Source of the DNA: an uncultured Thermoanaerobaculia bacterium
GTDB taxonomy: Bacteria > Acidobacteriota > Thermoanaerobaculia > Multivoradales > J023
Length of the DNA: 64,000 nt
Assembly (NCBI GenBank): GCA_964565225.1
Contig: CAZMEL010000008.1
Location: 1,876 to 65,875 of the forward strand
Direction of reading: 5' to 3'
Under the pieces are notes generated by a model. The model was not told where the DNA came from. It did not search any database and saw only the letters and a program-made list of their open reading frames with translations. This document shows positions 35,628-45,262 of this stretch, in pieces. Numbering within the stretch: position 1 is the first letter of the stretch; every line of letters begins with the position of its first letter. The position numbers were made by a program, and so were the translations under genes.

Positions 35628-38600
35628 CTACGGTTGGGTCACGGACCAGACGGAGGTGTCACCCGACTCGAAGCCGTCGGCGAAGAAGCCTCGCTCGGTC
35701 AGGAAGAAGGCGTCGAAGTGGGCCTCGAAGTTCGGATCGGTCGACCCATCGGCCTCGAGTGTCAGGCGACACAGGACCGAACGGGTCTCGGGCGGCAGAC
35801 TCAGCGGCGTGTTTGCCCCGTTGCGGAGCTGCAACCAGCCCCCTCCGGTGTCCTCGAGCAGGACCAGCACCGGGCTCGTGGTGCCGGCTTCCGGACCGGC
35901 ACAGGCCGCCTCGGGGAAGTGTGCGCAGTCGAGCCGCAAGAAAGCGATGCCGTCGGTGACCGGGTTGAAGCGGGCCCGCGCCCGGAACTCCAGGTTGCCA
36001 CTGCCCAGCACCTCCGTGCACTGGCCGAAGACCGACGCGGAATCGATCACGTTGGAGATGTTCACCGAGGCCGACAGCGGCGAGCCGTCGACATCGTCCA
36101 CGCCGGGATCTCCGGTGCTGACGGCATTGGGTGCCACCACGGTCGAGGTCCACGGCGCCAGCTCCACCGGGCAGTCGTCGAAGTGGGCGTTGACGAAGAG
36201 ATTCGATGGATCGGCCCGGAAGAAGACCTCCAGGTTGCCGCCGCTCTCGCCGTCGCCGTCGCCGTCGAGGGCATTGCCGGCCCCGTCGACGATGTCGTCG
36301 CAGACCAGGAGCTGGTAGAGACCACCCGCCAGGCTCGAGCCGATGCCGAGGAGGGAGACCGGCTGATTCGGCGGTCCGCTGGTGTCGACGGTCACCGGAA
36401 CGGCGACATCGTCACCCGACACTGAGCCGCACTCGGTGGTCGAGAACGCACCGTCCGGTCCGCTGGCCACCACCTGGTAGTTGGCCGCGTCGTCCGCGCC
36501 GAGGATCTCGGTCATGTCGTCGAAGGTGACCTCGAGAGTGCGGATCGGGCGCCGGACCGTGTCGCAGGCCGCCAGGGGCCCTTCGAGGGTGCGTACCAGG
36601 GTGATCACCGGCGGATCGTTGTCGAGGCTCGTCACCAGGGTGAAGGTATTGTCGTCCGGGTTGGCGTCCGGGCCACCGTCTCCGTCGTCATCGATCGATA
36701 CCGTATTGCTGATCGAGAGGGTTCCCGGCGGCAGCGGATCATCGACATCGATCGCAAAATCGACCGTGCCGCTCTCTCCGCCTCCGAGGTCTCCGATCGT
36801 CAGGGTACAGGTGGCGCCGGGGTTGCCGTCGGGTACACAGGCCCAGCCGGCGTCGCTGGCTCCGGCGTTGAATACCGAAGCGTCGGGCACGGTCTCGGTG
36901 AGCTCGACGCCGGAAGCGTCCTGATCGCCGGCATTGTCGTAGCTCACGGTGTAGACCACGGTGTCTCCCGGCTCGAGGGTCACACCGCCGTCGTCCTTGG
37001 TGACGGTGAGGTCCGGCGCCACGTCGACCGGAGTGGAGTCGTCGTCCATGGCGGCCGTCGAGCCTTCACTGCTGAGTGTCGCCTCGTTGAAGATCTCCTC
37101 CAGACCGGCGGGCACCGGATCGTCGACGACCACCGCGAAGGTCGCCGAGCCATCGCCGCCACCGCCGCCTTCCAGGGTTCCGAGAGCGAGAGAACAGTCG
37201 CTTCCCGCGCTGTTGTCGGGCACACAGACCCAGCCCGCGGTGCTCGCTCCGGGATCGAAGGTCGTACCCGTGGGCACGGGATCCCGGAGCTCGACGGCGG
37301 CAGCGTCCCGATTGCCGCTGTTGCTGTAGGCCAGGGTGTATTCGATGGTGTCCCCCGCACCCACGCTCACGCCGCCATCGTCCTTCACCAGGCCCAGGCT
37401 CGGCATCGCGTCGACCGGAGTGGTATCGGAGTCGGTGGCCGTGGTGGCATTGCTCGCCTCGAGGTCCGCGGAGTTGCTGATCTCGTCGAGATCCGCGGGC
37501 ACCGGATCGATCACGGTGACGGCAAAAATCGCCGAGCCGCCCTCGCTGCCGGGGAGGGTGCCGATCGGGAACACGCAGCTGCTGCCGGCGTTGCCGTCGG
37601 GAAAACAGATCCAGCCCGCCGTGCTCGCACCGGCATCGAACGTCGTGCCCACGGGCACCACCTCGACGAGGCTGGCATCGGCAGCGTCCTGGTCGCCGTT
37701 GTTGGCGTAGTCGAGGGTGTAGGGCACGGTGGCGCCGGGCACCACGCTCGGCAGCCCGCCGTCGTCCTTGGCAAGGGCCAGGTCCGGAGCCGCGACCACG
37801 GGTATGGTGGCCGTGCTCTGTACGGATCCGGCGTCGGTGGCGTCGAGCTCGGCGGTGTTCGCGATGGTGTCGAAGCCCGCCGGCACCGGGTTGATCACGT
37901 CGACGGCGAAAGTGACCGAGGTTCCGTCGCCATCACCCGGTACCGTACCGACGTCCAGGGTGCAGGTGCTGCCGGCGGTGGTGTCGGGCACACAGACCCA
38001 GCCGGCGGTGCTCGCTCCGGCATTGAAGGTCGTGCCGGCGGGCACGGTTTCGGTCAGAGCACCGTCCGCGGCGTCCTCGTTGCCGTTGTTGCCATAGTCG
38101 ATACCGAAGGACACGGTATCGCCCGGGGCCACGGGTCCCGGAGGTCCGAATTTGTCGATGAAGAGGTCCGGTGCGGCGGTGATCGGAGTGGTGTCCGACG
38201 CCGGAACCGGGCTCAGGCCCGTGGCGCCGAGGCTGGCGGTGTTGCTCACCAGGTCGAAACCGGCCGGAACCGGGTCGACGACATCGACCGCAAAGGTGGC
38301 CATGCCGCTTCCGCCGTTGCCCGCCAGATCGCCCAGGGCCAGGGTACAGGTGCTGCCGGCAGAGCTGTCGGGAGCGCAAGCCCAGCCGGCGGTGCTCGCA
38401 CCGGCGTTGAAGCTCGTGCCGGTGGGCACGGTCTCGGTGAGCTCGGCGCTGCCGGCGTCCTGGTTTCCGGTGTTGATATAGCCGAGGAGGTAGCTGATGG
38501 TTCCGCCCGGGACCGAGACGGTATCCCCATCGGTCTTCGTCAGGCCGAGGATGGCGCCCGCCGTTACCAGGGTGTCGGTGGCGTCGTCACCGCTCGGGTC

Positions 38601-38891
38601 CGGTGACGGATCGGGATCGACCGTCGATAGAGCGGGAAAATTCGTGCCGGTCAGATCTCCCTGGTTGGAGAGGAAGCTCACTCCCGGCCCCAGGGGATCG
38701 TCGACCACGACATCGAATTCGATCGTGAGGGTCGCTCCCGGCGGCAGATCGAAGGGGCTCACCATCTGCCCGGCCACCGTACCCTTGTCCGCGGCGGTCC
38801 CTCCGGGCTCCGCAGCCCGGGCTCCGGCGACGCAGATCCAGACCCCGAGGGTCAGTCCGAGCGCCCATCTACCGATGTGACTTCCGCTCAT
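35628..38891 (-). CDS. Secreted DUF11 (TIGR01451 conserved-repeat-domain) protein with six tandem repeats and a distinct C-terminal domain
   Basis: Signal peptide MSGSHIGRWALGLTLGVWICVAGARA. Six ~95-aa repeats of the pattern L.K.DDGG...PGDT..YT..Y.N.G..DA..V.L.D.VP.GT.F..GAS.AGW.C. Confidence 0.8.
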   Translation of the reverse strand: MSGSHIGRWALGLTLGVWICVAGARAAEPGGTAADKGTVAGQMVSPFDLPPGATLTIEFDVVVDDPLGPGVSFLSNQGDLTGTNFPALSTVDPDPSPDPSGDDATDTLVTAGAILGLTKTDGDTVSVPGGTISYLLGYINTGNQDAGSAELTETVPTGTSFNAGASTAGWACAPDSSAGSTCTLALGDLAGNGGSGMATFAVDVVDPVPAGFDLVSNTASLGATGLSPVPASDTTPITAAPDLFIDKFGPPGPVAPGDTVSFGIDYGNNGNEDAADGALTETVPAGTTFNAGASTAGWVCVPDTTAGSTCTLDVGTVPGDGDGTSVTFAVDVINPVPAGFDTIANTAELDATDAGSVQSTATIPVVAAPDLALAKDDGGLPSVVPGATVPYTLDYANNGDQDAADASLVEVVPVGTTFDAGASTAGWICFPDGNAGSSCVFPIGTLPGSEGGSAIFAVTVIDPVPADLDEISNSADLEASNATTATDSDTTPVDAMPSLGLVKDDGGVSVGAGDTIEYTLAYSNSGNRDAAAVELRDPVPTGTTFDPGASTAGWVCVPDNSAGSDCSLALGTLEGGGGGDGSATFAVVVDDPVPAGLEEIFNEATLSSEGSTAAMDDDSTPVDVAPDLTVTKDDGGVTLEPGDTVVYTVSYDNAGDQDASGVELTETVPDASVFNAGASDAGWACVPDGNPGATCTLTIGDLGGGESGTVDFAIDVDDPLPPGTLSISNTVSIDDDGDGGPDANPDDNTFTLVTSLDNDPPVITLVRTLEGPLAACDTVRRPIRTLEVTFDDMTEILGADDAANYQVVASGPDGAFSTTECGSVSGDDVAVPVTVDTSGPPNQPVSLLGIGSSLAGGLYQLLVCDDIVDGAGNALDGDGDGESGGNLEVFFRADPSNLFVNAHFDDCPVELAPWTSTVVAPNAVSTGDPGVDDVDGSPLSASVNISNVIDSASVFGQCTEVLGSGNLEFRARARFNPVTDGIAFLRLDCAHFPEAACAGPEAGTTSPVLVLLEDTGGGWLQLRNGANTPLSLPPETRSVLCRLTLEADGSTDPNFEAHFDAFFLTERGFFADGFESGDTSVWSVTQP

Positions 38892-39254
38892 CGTCTTGCT
38901 ACCTCAAGAGGGTGGGAATCAGGAGTCCGGGGAGCCGGCCCCGAGGGGGGATCAGCGAACGCTTGTCCCGAGAGAGCACACGTAGGCTCGAGGGAAAAAG
39001 GCAACGGATGAAAATTCATGATGTCCGACCTGGCCCGTCGTGGAGCTCTCCATTCGTGGAGAAGAAAGGAACCACGACCTATCGTTGAAAAATTCTTGCT
39101 GCGGAAATCTACCACGGGCCGTACGCAGAGACCAGGGCGCCTTTCCGTCGAAACCAGGAATCCCTCGACAATCTGTCTTCGAACCCTCGGAAGGGAGCTC
39201 CGTCGAGGCTCGCGGATCCCCCTGCATGTGAAAGCCCTTCCGGCTCGACAAGGC

Positions 39255-40301
39255 TCAGGGAGCAGCTGAGCCCGCGCGACGCAGAAAGTCTTCCTGGCTC
39301 TCCAGGAGCCCTCGAGCCCCGGACCACCGCAGCTCCTCGACCCGGGCTTCCAGGTGCTTCCCGTCGACCGACTCGAAGAAACGGGTGGCGCTGAGCAGCG
39401 TATCCGACAGGTCGGCACCGCGCAGATCCGCGCCCGAGAAGTTGGCGCCTTCGAGATCGGCCTCGCGGAGATCGGCACCGCGGAGATCGGCGCCGCGCAG
39501 GTCGGAGAGGCTGAGATTGGCACCGTGCAGATCCGCCTGCGAGAGGTCGGCGCCACGCAGATCACAGTTCTTCAGCTGCAGACCGTGCAGATCTCGAGTC
39601 GCGGGTCGCCAGTCGGCGAGAGTCAGGCCGAGGAGGGTCTTCTTCGGGCCTCGCCAGGGGCCGAAGCTCTCGGCCGAGCGGAAACGCTCCACCTGGTGGG
39701 GTTTCAGGGAGCCGGTAGTGAAGCGTTGGTTCCCCGGCCAGGGGTCTCCGTGGTTGTGGTAGCTGGAGTCCCGCTCCCAGAAACCCAGGCGGTCCTCGGC
39801 CAGGAGCTCGATGCGGCGCACCCACTTGAGACTCTTGTAGAAATAGCGCGACGGGGTCACGGTGCGCAGGGGGAAGCCGTGCTCGGGCTCGAGGGCCCTG
39901 CCGTCGCGACTGTGGACCAGCCAGGTGTCTTCCAGGGCCGTGTCGAGTGGCAAGGACGTATCGTGCTGCCTCTCCGAGCAGGCCTCGAAACGCACGTACC
40001 GGGCCGCGGGCTCCACACCGCTACGCTCCAGCAGGAGGGCCAGCGGAAAACCGCCGAGGCGCATCTGCCGGTGGCTCCAGCCCGTGACGCAATGGATGTC
40101 GGTGATCCGCTCTCGAGGCGGGATCGCCATCATCTCGCGGTAGGTCAGGGTCAGGGGCCGGGTGACCCGCCCGCGGATCTCGAGGGTCCAGCGGTCGAGA
40201 TCCAGCGCCTCGGCCGGAGGGGACTGCTCGCCGACCACGGGAAACTTCTTCGTCCAGGTCTGCCCGGGAGGCAGGTCGGCCGAGCCGGGGGTCTTCATCA
40301 C
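39255..40301 (-). CDS. Sulfite-oxidase-family molybdopterin-binding oxidoreductase domain (MsrP/YedY-like) fused to C-terminal pentapeptide repeats
   Basis: Moco domain motifs ([10 protein letters not shown]; [25 protein letters not shown]), then ~13 A(D/N)LxG pentapeptide repeats ([28 protein letters not shown]...). No TAT or Sec signal. Confidence 0.75.
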   Translation of the reverse strand: MMKTPGSADLPPGQTWTKKFPVVGEQSPPAEALDLDRWTLEIRGRVTRPLTLTYREMMAIPPRERITDIHCVTGWSHRQMRLGGFPLALLLERSGVEPAARYVRFEACSERQHDTSLPLDTALEDTWLVHSRDGRALEPEHGFPLRTVTPSRYFYKSLKWVRRIELLAEDRLGFWERDSSYHNHGDPWPGNQRFTTGSLKPHQVERFRSAESFGPWRGPKKTLLGLTLADWRPATRDLHGLQLKNCDLRGADLSQADLHGANLSLSDLRGADLRGADLREADLEGANFSGADLRGADLSDTLLSATRFFESVDGKHLEARVEELRWSGARGLLESQEDFLRRAGSAAP

Positions 40302-42814
40302 AGAGCTCCGGAAGAGGTTCGGGCTTCGTCCGCCGTGGCCTGGCGGCCCGGTGGGGAAACGCCGGGAAACGCCCAGGTACCACGTGCCAGCTGGGTGTCG
40401 ATCGACTCCGCTCCCTGCGGCCGGGCGAAGAAGTAACCCTGGGCCACCTCACAGCCGAGACTCTTGAGGGCCTCGAGCTGGTGCACCGTCTCCACGCCTT
40501 CCGCCATCACGGTCAATCCCAGGTTGTGCGCCAGGGACACGATGGTGCGGACGATTTCCCGCTCGTCCCCCTGCTCTCCCATCCGGCCGATGAACGAACG
40601 ATCGATCTTCATCGCGTCCACCGGCAGCCGGTGCAGCTGGCTCAGTGACGAGTACCCGGTTCCGAAGTCGTCGATGTGGAGGGCGATGCCTCGCTGCCGC
40701 AGGCGTGCCAGCAGCCGGACCGCCACCTCGGGTTGCTCGATCAACATGCCCTCGGTGATTTCGAGATGAAGATTCTCCGCCGGAAGACCGGTGGAAGCCA
40801 GAGCCCCTTCGATCTCCTCCACCAGCTCCGAGCCCGAGAGCTGCTCGCCGTCGAGATTGACGCTGACCGCCAGCCCCGCGGTCTCGGGATACCGGCGACG
40901 CCAGATCTCCAGCTGGGTGCAGGCCTGGTGCAGGACCCAGCTGCCGATGGCGCGTAGCAATCCGACCTCCCGCGCCACGGGAAGGAATTCATCGGGTGGC
41001 ACCAACCCCCGCTCGGGGTGCTCCCAGCGCACCAGGGCCTCGAATCCGGTGAGGCATCCATCGGCCAGCCGTACCAGGGGCTGGTAGTGGAGGCAGAACT
41101 CGCGGCGGTCGACCGCCCGTCGCAGATCGTTCTGGAGATGCAGGAGCGCCACCGCTCGGGCGTGCATCGAGGGATCGAAGACCACCCCTCGCTTGCGCCC
41201 CTCGGCCTTCGCCCGATACATGGCGAGGTCGGCGTCGCGGAGCACGTCCTGGGCCTGCTGGTAACCGCTGTCGGCGAGCACGATACCGAGACTGGCCGAG
41301 GTGTAGAGCTCCTGGCCCTCGAGACGAAAGGGACGCGCCAGCGCCGCGTGGATCCGCTCCGCCACCCGGTCCATCTCTCGCACGTCCTGCAGGCTCTCCA
41401 CCAGGACCGCGAATTCATCGCCCCCGAGGCGGGCGATGGTATCTCCCGGACGAGGGCAGGCCGCCAAGCGCTCCCCGATCGCTCGCAATACCTGGTCTCC
41501 GGCGAGGTGCCCGAGACTGTCGTTGATCACCTTGAAACGGTCGAGGTCGAGGAAGATCACCCCGAAAGTGGCCACGCTGTTGTTTCGAATCCTGCGCAAT
41601 GCACCCTCGAGACGGGTGATGAAGTGAGACCGGTTGGGCAGGCCGGTCAACGAGTCGTGGGCAGCGGCATGCCGCAGCCTCGCCTCCACCTGCTTGCGGT
41701 CGGTGATGTCGCGCTGCGAGCCCGCCATGCGGTAGGCCGCTCCCTCGGGATCACGCACCGCCTGGCCGCGGGTCTGCACCCAGCGAAAATCGCCGGTGCC
41801 GGTGCGGATCCGGTGCTCGTTCTCGAAGAAGGGAGTCTGCCCTTCCAGGTGGGCATCGATCTGCGCTCGCAGCGGCTCGCGGTCTTCAGGATGCACCAGC
41901 TCTAGCCACGCCGCCGGGTCCCCCGGCAGCTCCTGGGCCTCGTATCCCAGGGTCGACAGCCAGCGACTCGAGAAATACAGGCGGTCGTGCAGCAGGTTCC
42001 AGTCCCAGAGCCCGTCGTTGGCTCCCGCCGCGGCCAGGGCATACCGTTCCTCGCTCTCCCGCAGGGCATCCTCCCAGCACTTGCGCTCGCTGATGTCCCG
42101 GGCGGCCCCGGCCGTGGCCAGTGCACGGCCGTCTTCGTCGAGAATCATCGATCTCGAGAGCAACACCGCCAGCTCGGTGCCGTCGGACCGGCGGTGGCGA
42201 CACTCCCCTTTCTCACCCTCGGGATCCATGGCGCAGGAATGGAAGGGAAAGAGATCCTGCCGGCCTCCGGACGCCCACAGGACGTCGTCGGTCTGGCCGA
42301 GGATCTCTTCCCTCTCGTAGCCGTAGGTCTCGCAGAAGGTGTTGTTGACGAAGAGGATCTTGCCTGTGAGATCGGTGAGGTAGATGCAGTCGTTGATGTA
42401 GGTCACCGCCTGCTGCAACATCTGGGCACGGCGAGCGTCGGCGTGGTGCCGACAGGCGCTCTCCACCGTGACCGGCACCAGCTTGAGGTAGCGTCGGTCG
42501 ATGTCCTTGGTCAGGTAGTCGTAGGCTCCGGACCGCATCGCCCGCACAGCGGTCTCCTCGCCACCGGCACCGGTGATCACGACGACCGGCATCTGTGCGG
42601 CCTGCTCCAGAATCTCGAGAGCGTCGCCGTCACCGAGGTGGAAGTCCGTCAAGACGATGTCGAAATGGGCGGCTCGCAGGGCGCGAAGCCCTTCCTCCAC
42701 ACTACCGGCATAAGCACAGAGGTACGGTAGTTCTTCTTTGCGGACGAAACGTTCGAAGGCCAGCCGATCGACCTCGTCGTCCTCGATCAAAAGGAGCTTG
42801 ACGGATTTCCGCAT
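40298..42814 (-). CDS. Response-regulator receiver + 2xPAS + GGDEF + EAL protein (c-di-GMP synthesis/hydrolysis)
   Basis: Start [15 protein letters not shown] (REC). PAS regions, then GGDEF ([10 protein letters not shown]) and EAL ([17 protein letters not shown]); both catalytic motifs intact. The track ORF has a 29-aa N-terminal extension. Confidence 0.88.
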   Translation of the reverse strand: MRKSVKLLLIEDDEVDRLAFERFVRKEELPYLCAYAGSVEEGLRALRAAHFDIVLTDFHLGDGDALEILEQAAQMPVVVITGAGGEETAVRAMRSGAYDYLTKDIDRRYLKLVPVTVESACRHHADARRAQMLQQAVTYINDCIYLTDLTGKILFVNNTFCETYGYEREEILGQTDDVLWASGGRQDLFPFHSCAMDPEGEKGECRHRRSDGTELAVLLSRSMILDEDGRALATAGAARDISERKCWEDALRESEERYALAAAGANDGLWDWNLLHDRLYFSSRWLSTLGYEAQELPGDPAAWLELVHPEDREPLRAQIDAHLEGQTPFFENEHRIRTGTGDFRWVQTRGQAVRDPEGAAYRMAGSQRDITDRKQVEARLRHAAAHDSLTGLPNRSHFITRLEGALRRIRNNSVATFGVIFLDLDRFKVINDSLGHLAGDQVLRAIGERLAACPRPGDTIARLGGDEFAVLVESLQDVREMDRVAERIHAALARPFRLEGQELYTSASLGIVLADSGYQQAQDVLRDADLAMYRAKAEGRKRGVVFDPSMHARAVALLHLQNDLRRAVDRREFCLHYQPLVRLADGCLTGFEALVRWEHPERGLVPPDEFLPVAREVGLLRAIGSWVLHQACTQLEIWRRRYPETAGLAVSVNLDGEQLSGSELVEEIEGALASTGLPAENLHLEITEGMLIEQPEVAVRLLARLRQRGIALHIDDFGTGYSSLSQLHRLPVDAMKIDRSFIGRMGEQGDEREIVRTIVSLAHNLGLTVMAEGVETVHQLEALKSLGCEVAQGYFFARPQGAESIDTQLARGTWAFPGVSPPGRQATADEARTSSGAL

Positions 42815-42929
42815 GTCGACGAACTCCGATATCCGGCCAGCCCCCGCTCGTGGGGCCCCGAGATATCTTTCCCGATGAAAATGGATATCAGCGTATGCCA
42901 TCGGATCCGGGCTCCGGTGGCCGTCACCC

Positions 42930-43343
42930 TCAGTTGGGCAACTCGCTCAAAGACCAGTACAGGTCGATGGCCTTCATCACCTCTACGAACTTTCTATAGT
43001 CGACCGGCTTCACCATATAGCCCGAGACGTTGAGATGGAAGCCTTCGACGATGTCCTGATCCTGCCTCGAGGTCGTCAGGACCACCACCGGGATACCGTC
43101 GATGCTGCCATCCTTGCGGGCGTGACGAAGGAACTCGAGCCCGTTCATGCGCGGCATGTTCAGATCCAACAAGATGATCGCCGGCCGGGCCTCGGACGGC
43201 TCGTTGAGGATCTCCAGGGCTTCTTCTCCGTTGCCGGCGATCCGCAGGGGATTGGCAACCTTCAGGTCTCGCAGAGCTCGTTGCACCGTGAGGACGTCGA
43301 CTTCGTCGTCTTCGACCAGCAAGATCGGTTTGTTGTTTCTCAT
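42930..43343 (-). CDS. Single-domain CheY-like response regulator
   Basis: Start MRNNKPILLVEDDEVD; LLDLNMP phospho-acceptor region; KP motif; ~137 aa. Confidence 0.85.
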   Translation of the reverse strand: MRNNKPILLVEDDEVDVLTVQRALRDLKVANPLRIAGNGEEALEILNEPSEARPAIILLDLNMPRMNGLEFLRHARKDGSIDGIPVVVLTTSRQDQDIVEGFHLNVSGYMVKPVDYRKFVEVMKAIDLYWSLSELPN

Positions 43344-43386
43344 CAGATGCCCATCCAAGTACATTTCCTGCCCTTCCTACCCCATG

Positions 43387-44904
43387 TCACCGAACGTCTG
43401 ATGTGGGCTGCGCCGGGCCGCTGCCGGCCGGGGAGCCCTCGGCCTCCAGGCCCGGGCCACGAGCTCCCAACGCCTTCCAGGTAAAGCGAAACGTCGCTCC
43501 GCGACCGGTCCGTTTCTCCAGCTCCACGCTTCCACCCTCCTCTTCCACCAACTTCTTCACCAGGGAGAGACCGAGGCCGGTGCTCTCGATCTCGTCTCGC
43601 GACTGCAACGTCTGGAACATCATGAAGACCCGCTCGTGGTGCTGGGGCGGGATCCCCGGGCCGTCGTCGGCAACCGAAAAACGATAGAGCCCGTCTGTGA
43701 GCTCCTCGACAGAGATCTCGATGCGTCCATGGTCACGATCATGATACTTGATCGCGTTGGTGATCAGGTTGGCGAAGACCTGGCTCAGGCGCAATCGGCG
43801 GGTCAGGAGAACGGGCAGGTCGCTCGCGACCTCTACGGTGAAGGTCGGCGGCGGGCCGATGAGCTCGATCTGCTCGTTCACCAGCTCCGCCACGTCGACC
43901 CACTCCCCCTCGGTCTCCATCCGCCCGACCCGCGAATACCGCAGCACCCCTTCGATCAGGGCATCCATACGCTGGACCCGGCTGCGGAGCAACGACATCT
44001 GCTCCTTGGCGTTCTCCGAGAGCTGGTCTCCCAGATCCTCCTCCAGCCAGCCGGAGAGGGTCGCGATCGCCCGCAGGGGCGCTTTCAGGTCGTGCGAGGC
44101 GACATAGGCGAACTGGTCGAGGTCACGATTCGATCGTTCGAGCTCGAGCTGTCGGGCCTGGATCTGCGCCAGCATGGTGTTGAAGCCGTCGTACAGAGCA
44201 CCGATCTCGTCGTTCCCGGGTTTGTCGACCCGGATCGAATAGTCTGCGTCGTTGCTGATTCGCTCGGCCTGGCGGGCCAGATGCAGAATCGGCTTGGAGA
44301 TCACCCCCTGGACGAGATACGTGAAGATCACCGCCACCACCATGAAGCCGAGCATCAGGCTGAACATATAGAAGAAATATGTCTCCTTCTGCTCCTCCAG
44401 CTCCTCGGTGCTGCAGCGGACGTAGATCGTCCCGTGTCGACTCCCCTCCCACAGCACGGGGGCGAACACGTGCACGAAACCGCCGCGGATCTCGATGGAA
44501 TCTTCAGGGATTTCCTCGATCCGGGAGAGCTCTTCGGGAGCACCGAGGATGACGAACCGCTCGCCGCGGTGGTTGAAGAGCTGGGCTTCGGAGACGTTGG
44601 GGAACTCTCGCAGCTTGTCGAGGGCATTCTGGGCTTCTTCCCGGTCGTCGAACGAGAGGCCCACCGCGCTGTAGTCGCCCGCGGCCTTGGCGATCAGACG
44701 ACTGGTTTTCAGGAGGTGCTCTTCGAACAGGCGGATGGTCGTCAGATAGACGACGACGAAGGCGCTGGCGAGAGACAGAAGAGTGGTGAGCAGGATCGCG
44801 CCCGCGATTTTGGTTCGGATCGACAGATTGGCAAGAAATTTCAATCCCCGAAACCCTCTTCCGGCCCATCCGCCGTAACGATCCTCGTGGAGCCGGATCT
44901 CCAA
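43387..44904 (-). CDS. Sensor histidine kinase (TM-periplasmic-TM-HAMP-HisKA-HATPase_c)
   Basis: H-box YVASHDLKAPL; N/G boxes (LITNAIKY, DDGPGI, GLGLSLVKKLV). Two TM helices flank a ~150-aa sensor region. Exact start uncertain (ATG 44904 or an internal TTG). Confidence 0.85.
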   Translation of the reverse strand: MEIRLHEDRYGGWAGRGFRGLKFLANLSIRTKIAGAILLTTLLSLASAFVVVYLTTIRLFEEHLLKTSRLIAKAAGDYSAVGLSFDDREEAQNALDKLREFPNVSEAQLFNHRGERFVILGAPEELSRIEEIPEDSIEIRGGFVHVFAPVLWEGSRHGTIYVRCSTEELEEQKETYFFYMFSLMLGFMVVAVIFTYLVQGVISKPILHLARQAERISNDADYSIRVDKPGNDEIGALYDGFNTMLAQIQARQLELERSNRDLDQFAYVASHDLKAPLRAIATLSGWLEEDLGDQLSENAKEQMSLLRSRVQRMDALIEGVLRYSRVGRMETEGEWVDVAELVNEQIELIGPPPTFTVEVASDLPVLLTRRLRLSQVFANLITNAIKYHDRDHGRIEISVEELTDGLYRFSVADDGPGIPPQHHERVFMMFQTLQSRDEIESTGLGLSLVKKLVEEEGGSVELEKRTGRGATFRFTWKALGARGPGLEAEGSPAGSGPAQPTSDVR

Positions 44905-45262
44905 CCGAGAACGCCTCTCTTCGATCGTTCCTGACGAACCATGTCAATGGAGACGACCCGGGCCGCCTCGTCCATCCGGTTTCTTCGCCTACGCGTTACG
45001 TGGTATACCAGACGCCCCACAAGGAAGCAACCGAGGCCGGAGCCGGTCACCAGGACGAAAGCCGCCGGCAGAAGACGGACTCACGACCTGCTAGACTATG
45101 GACTGCTACCGAGCTCGCTCTCCGTCCGAGGTTGCGCTCGACCTGGCCGGTGTCGCCCGGCCACCGCGAGGACCGCGGATCTCCGGGAGGCGACGAATCT
45201 CGAAGATGCTCAGCGCCGACCTCTCCCCAAGAATTTCTTCTTCCCCGAACCAGGAGCTCAGG

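Noticed and set aside
38888-39565. ORF 38888-39565 - (225 aa) and small ORFs in 39018-39327
   Set aside because: The 5' part overlaps the Moco-pentapeptide gene in another frame, and the remainder lies in the low-GC leader region. The sequence is Cys/Arg/Pro-rich nonsense without RBS support. Retained only as a possible non-coding regulatory region.
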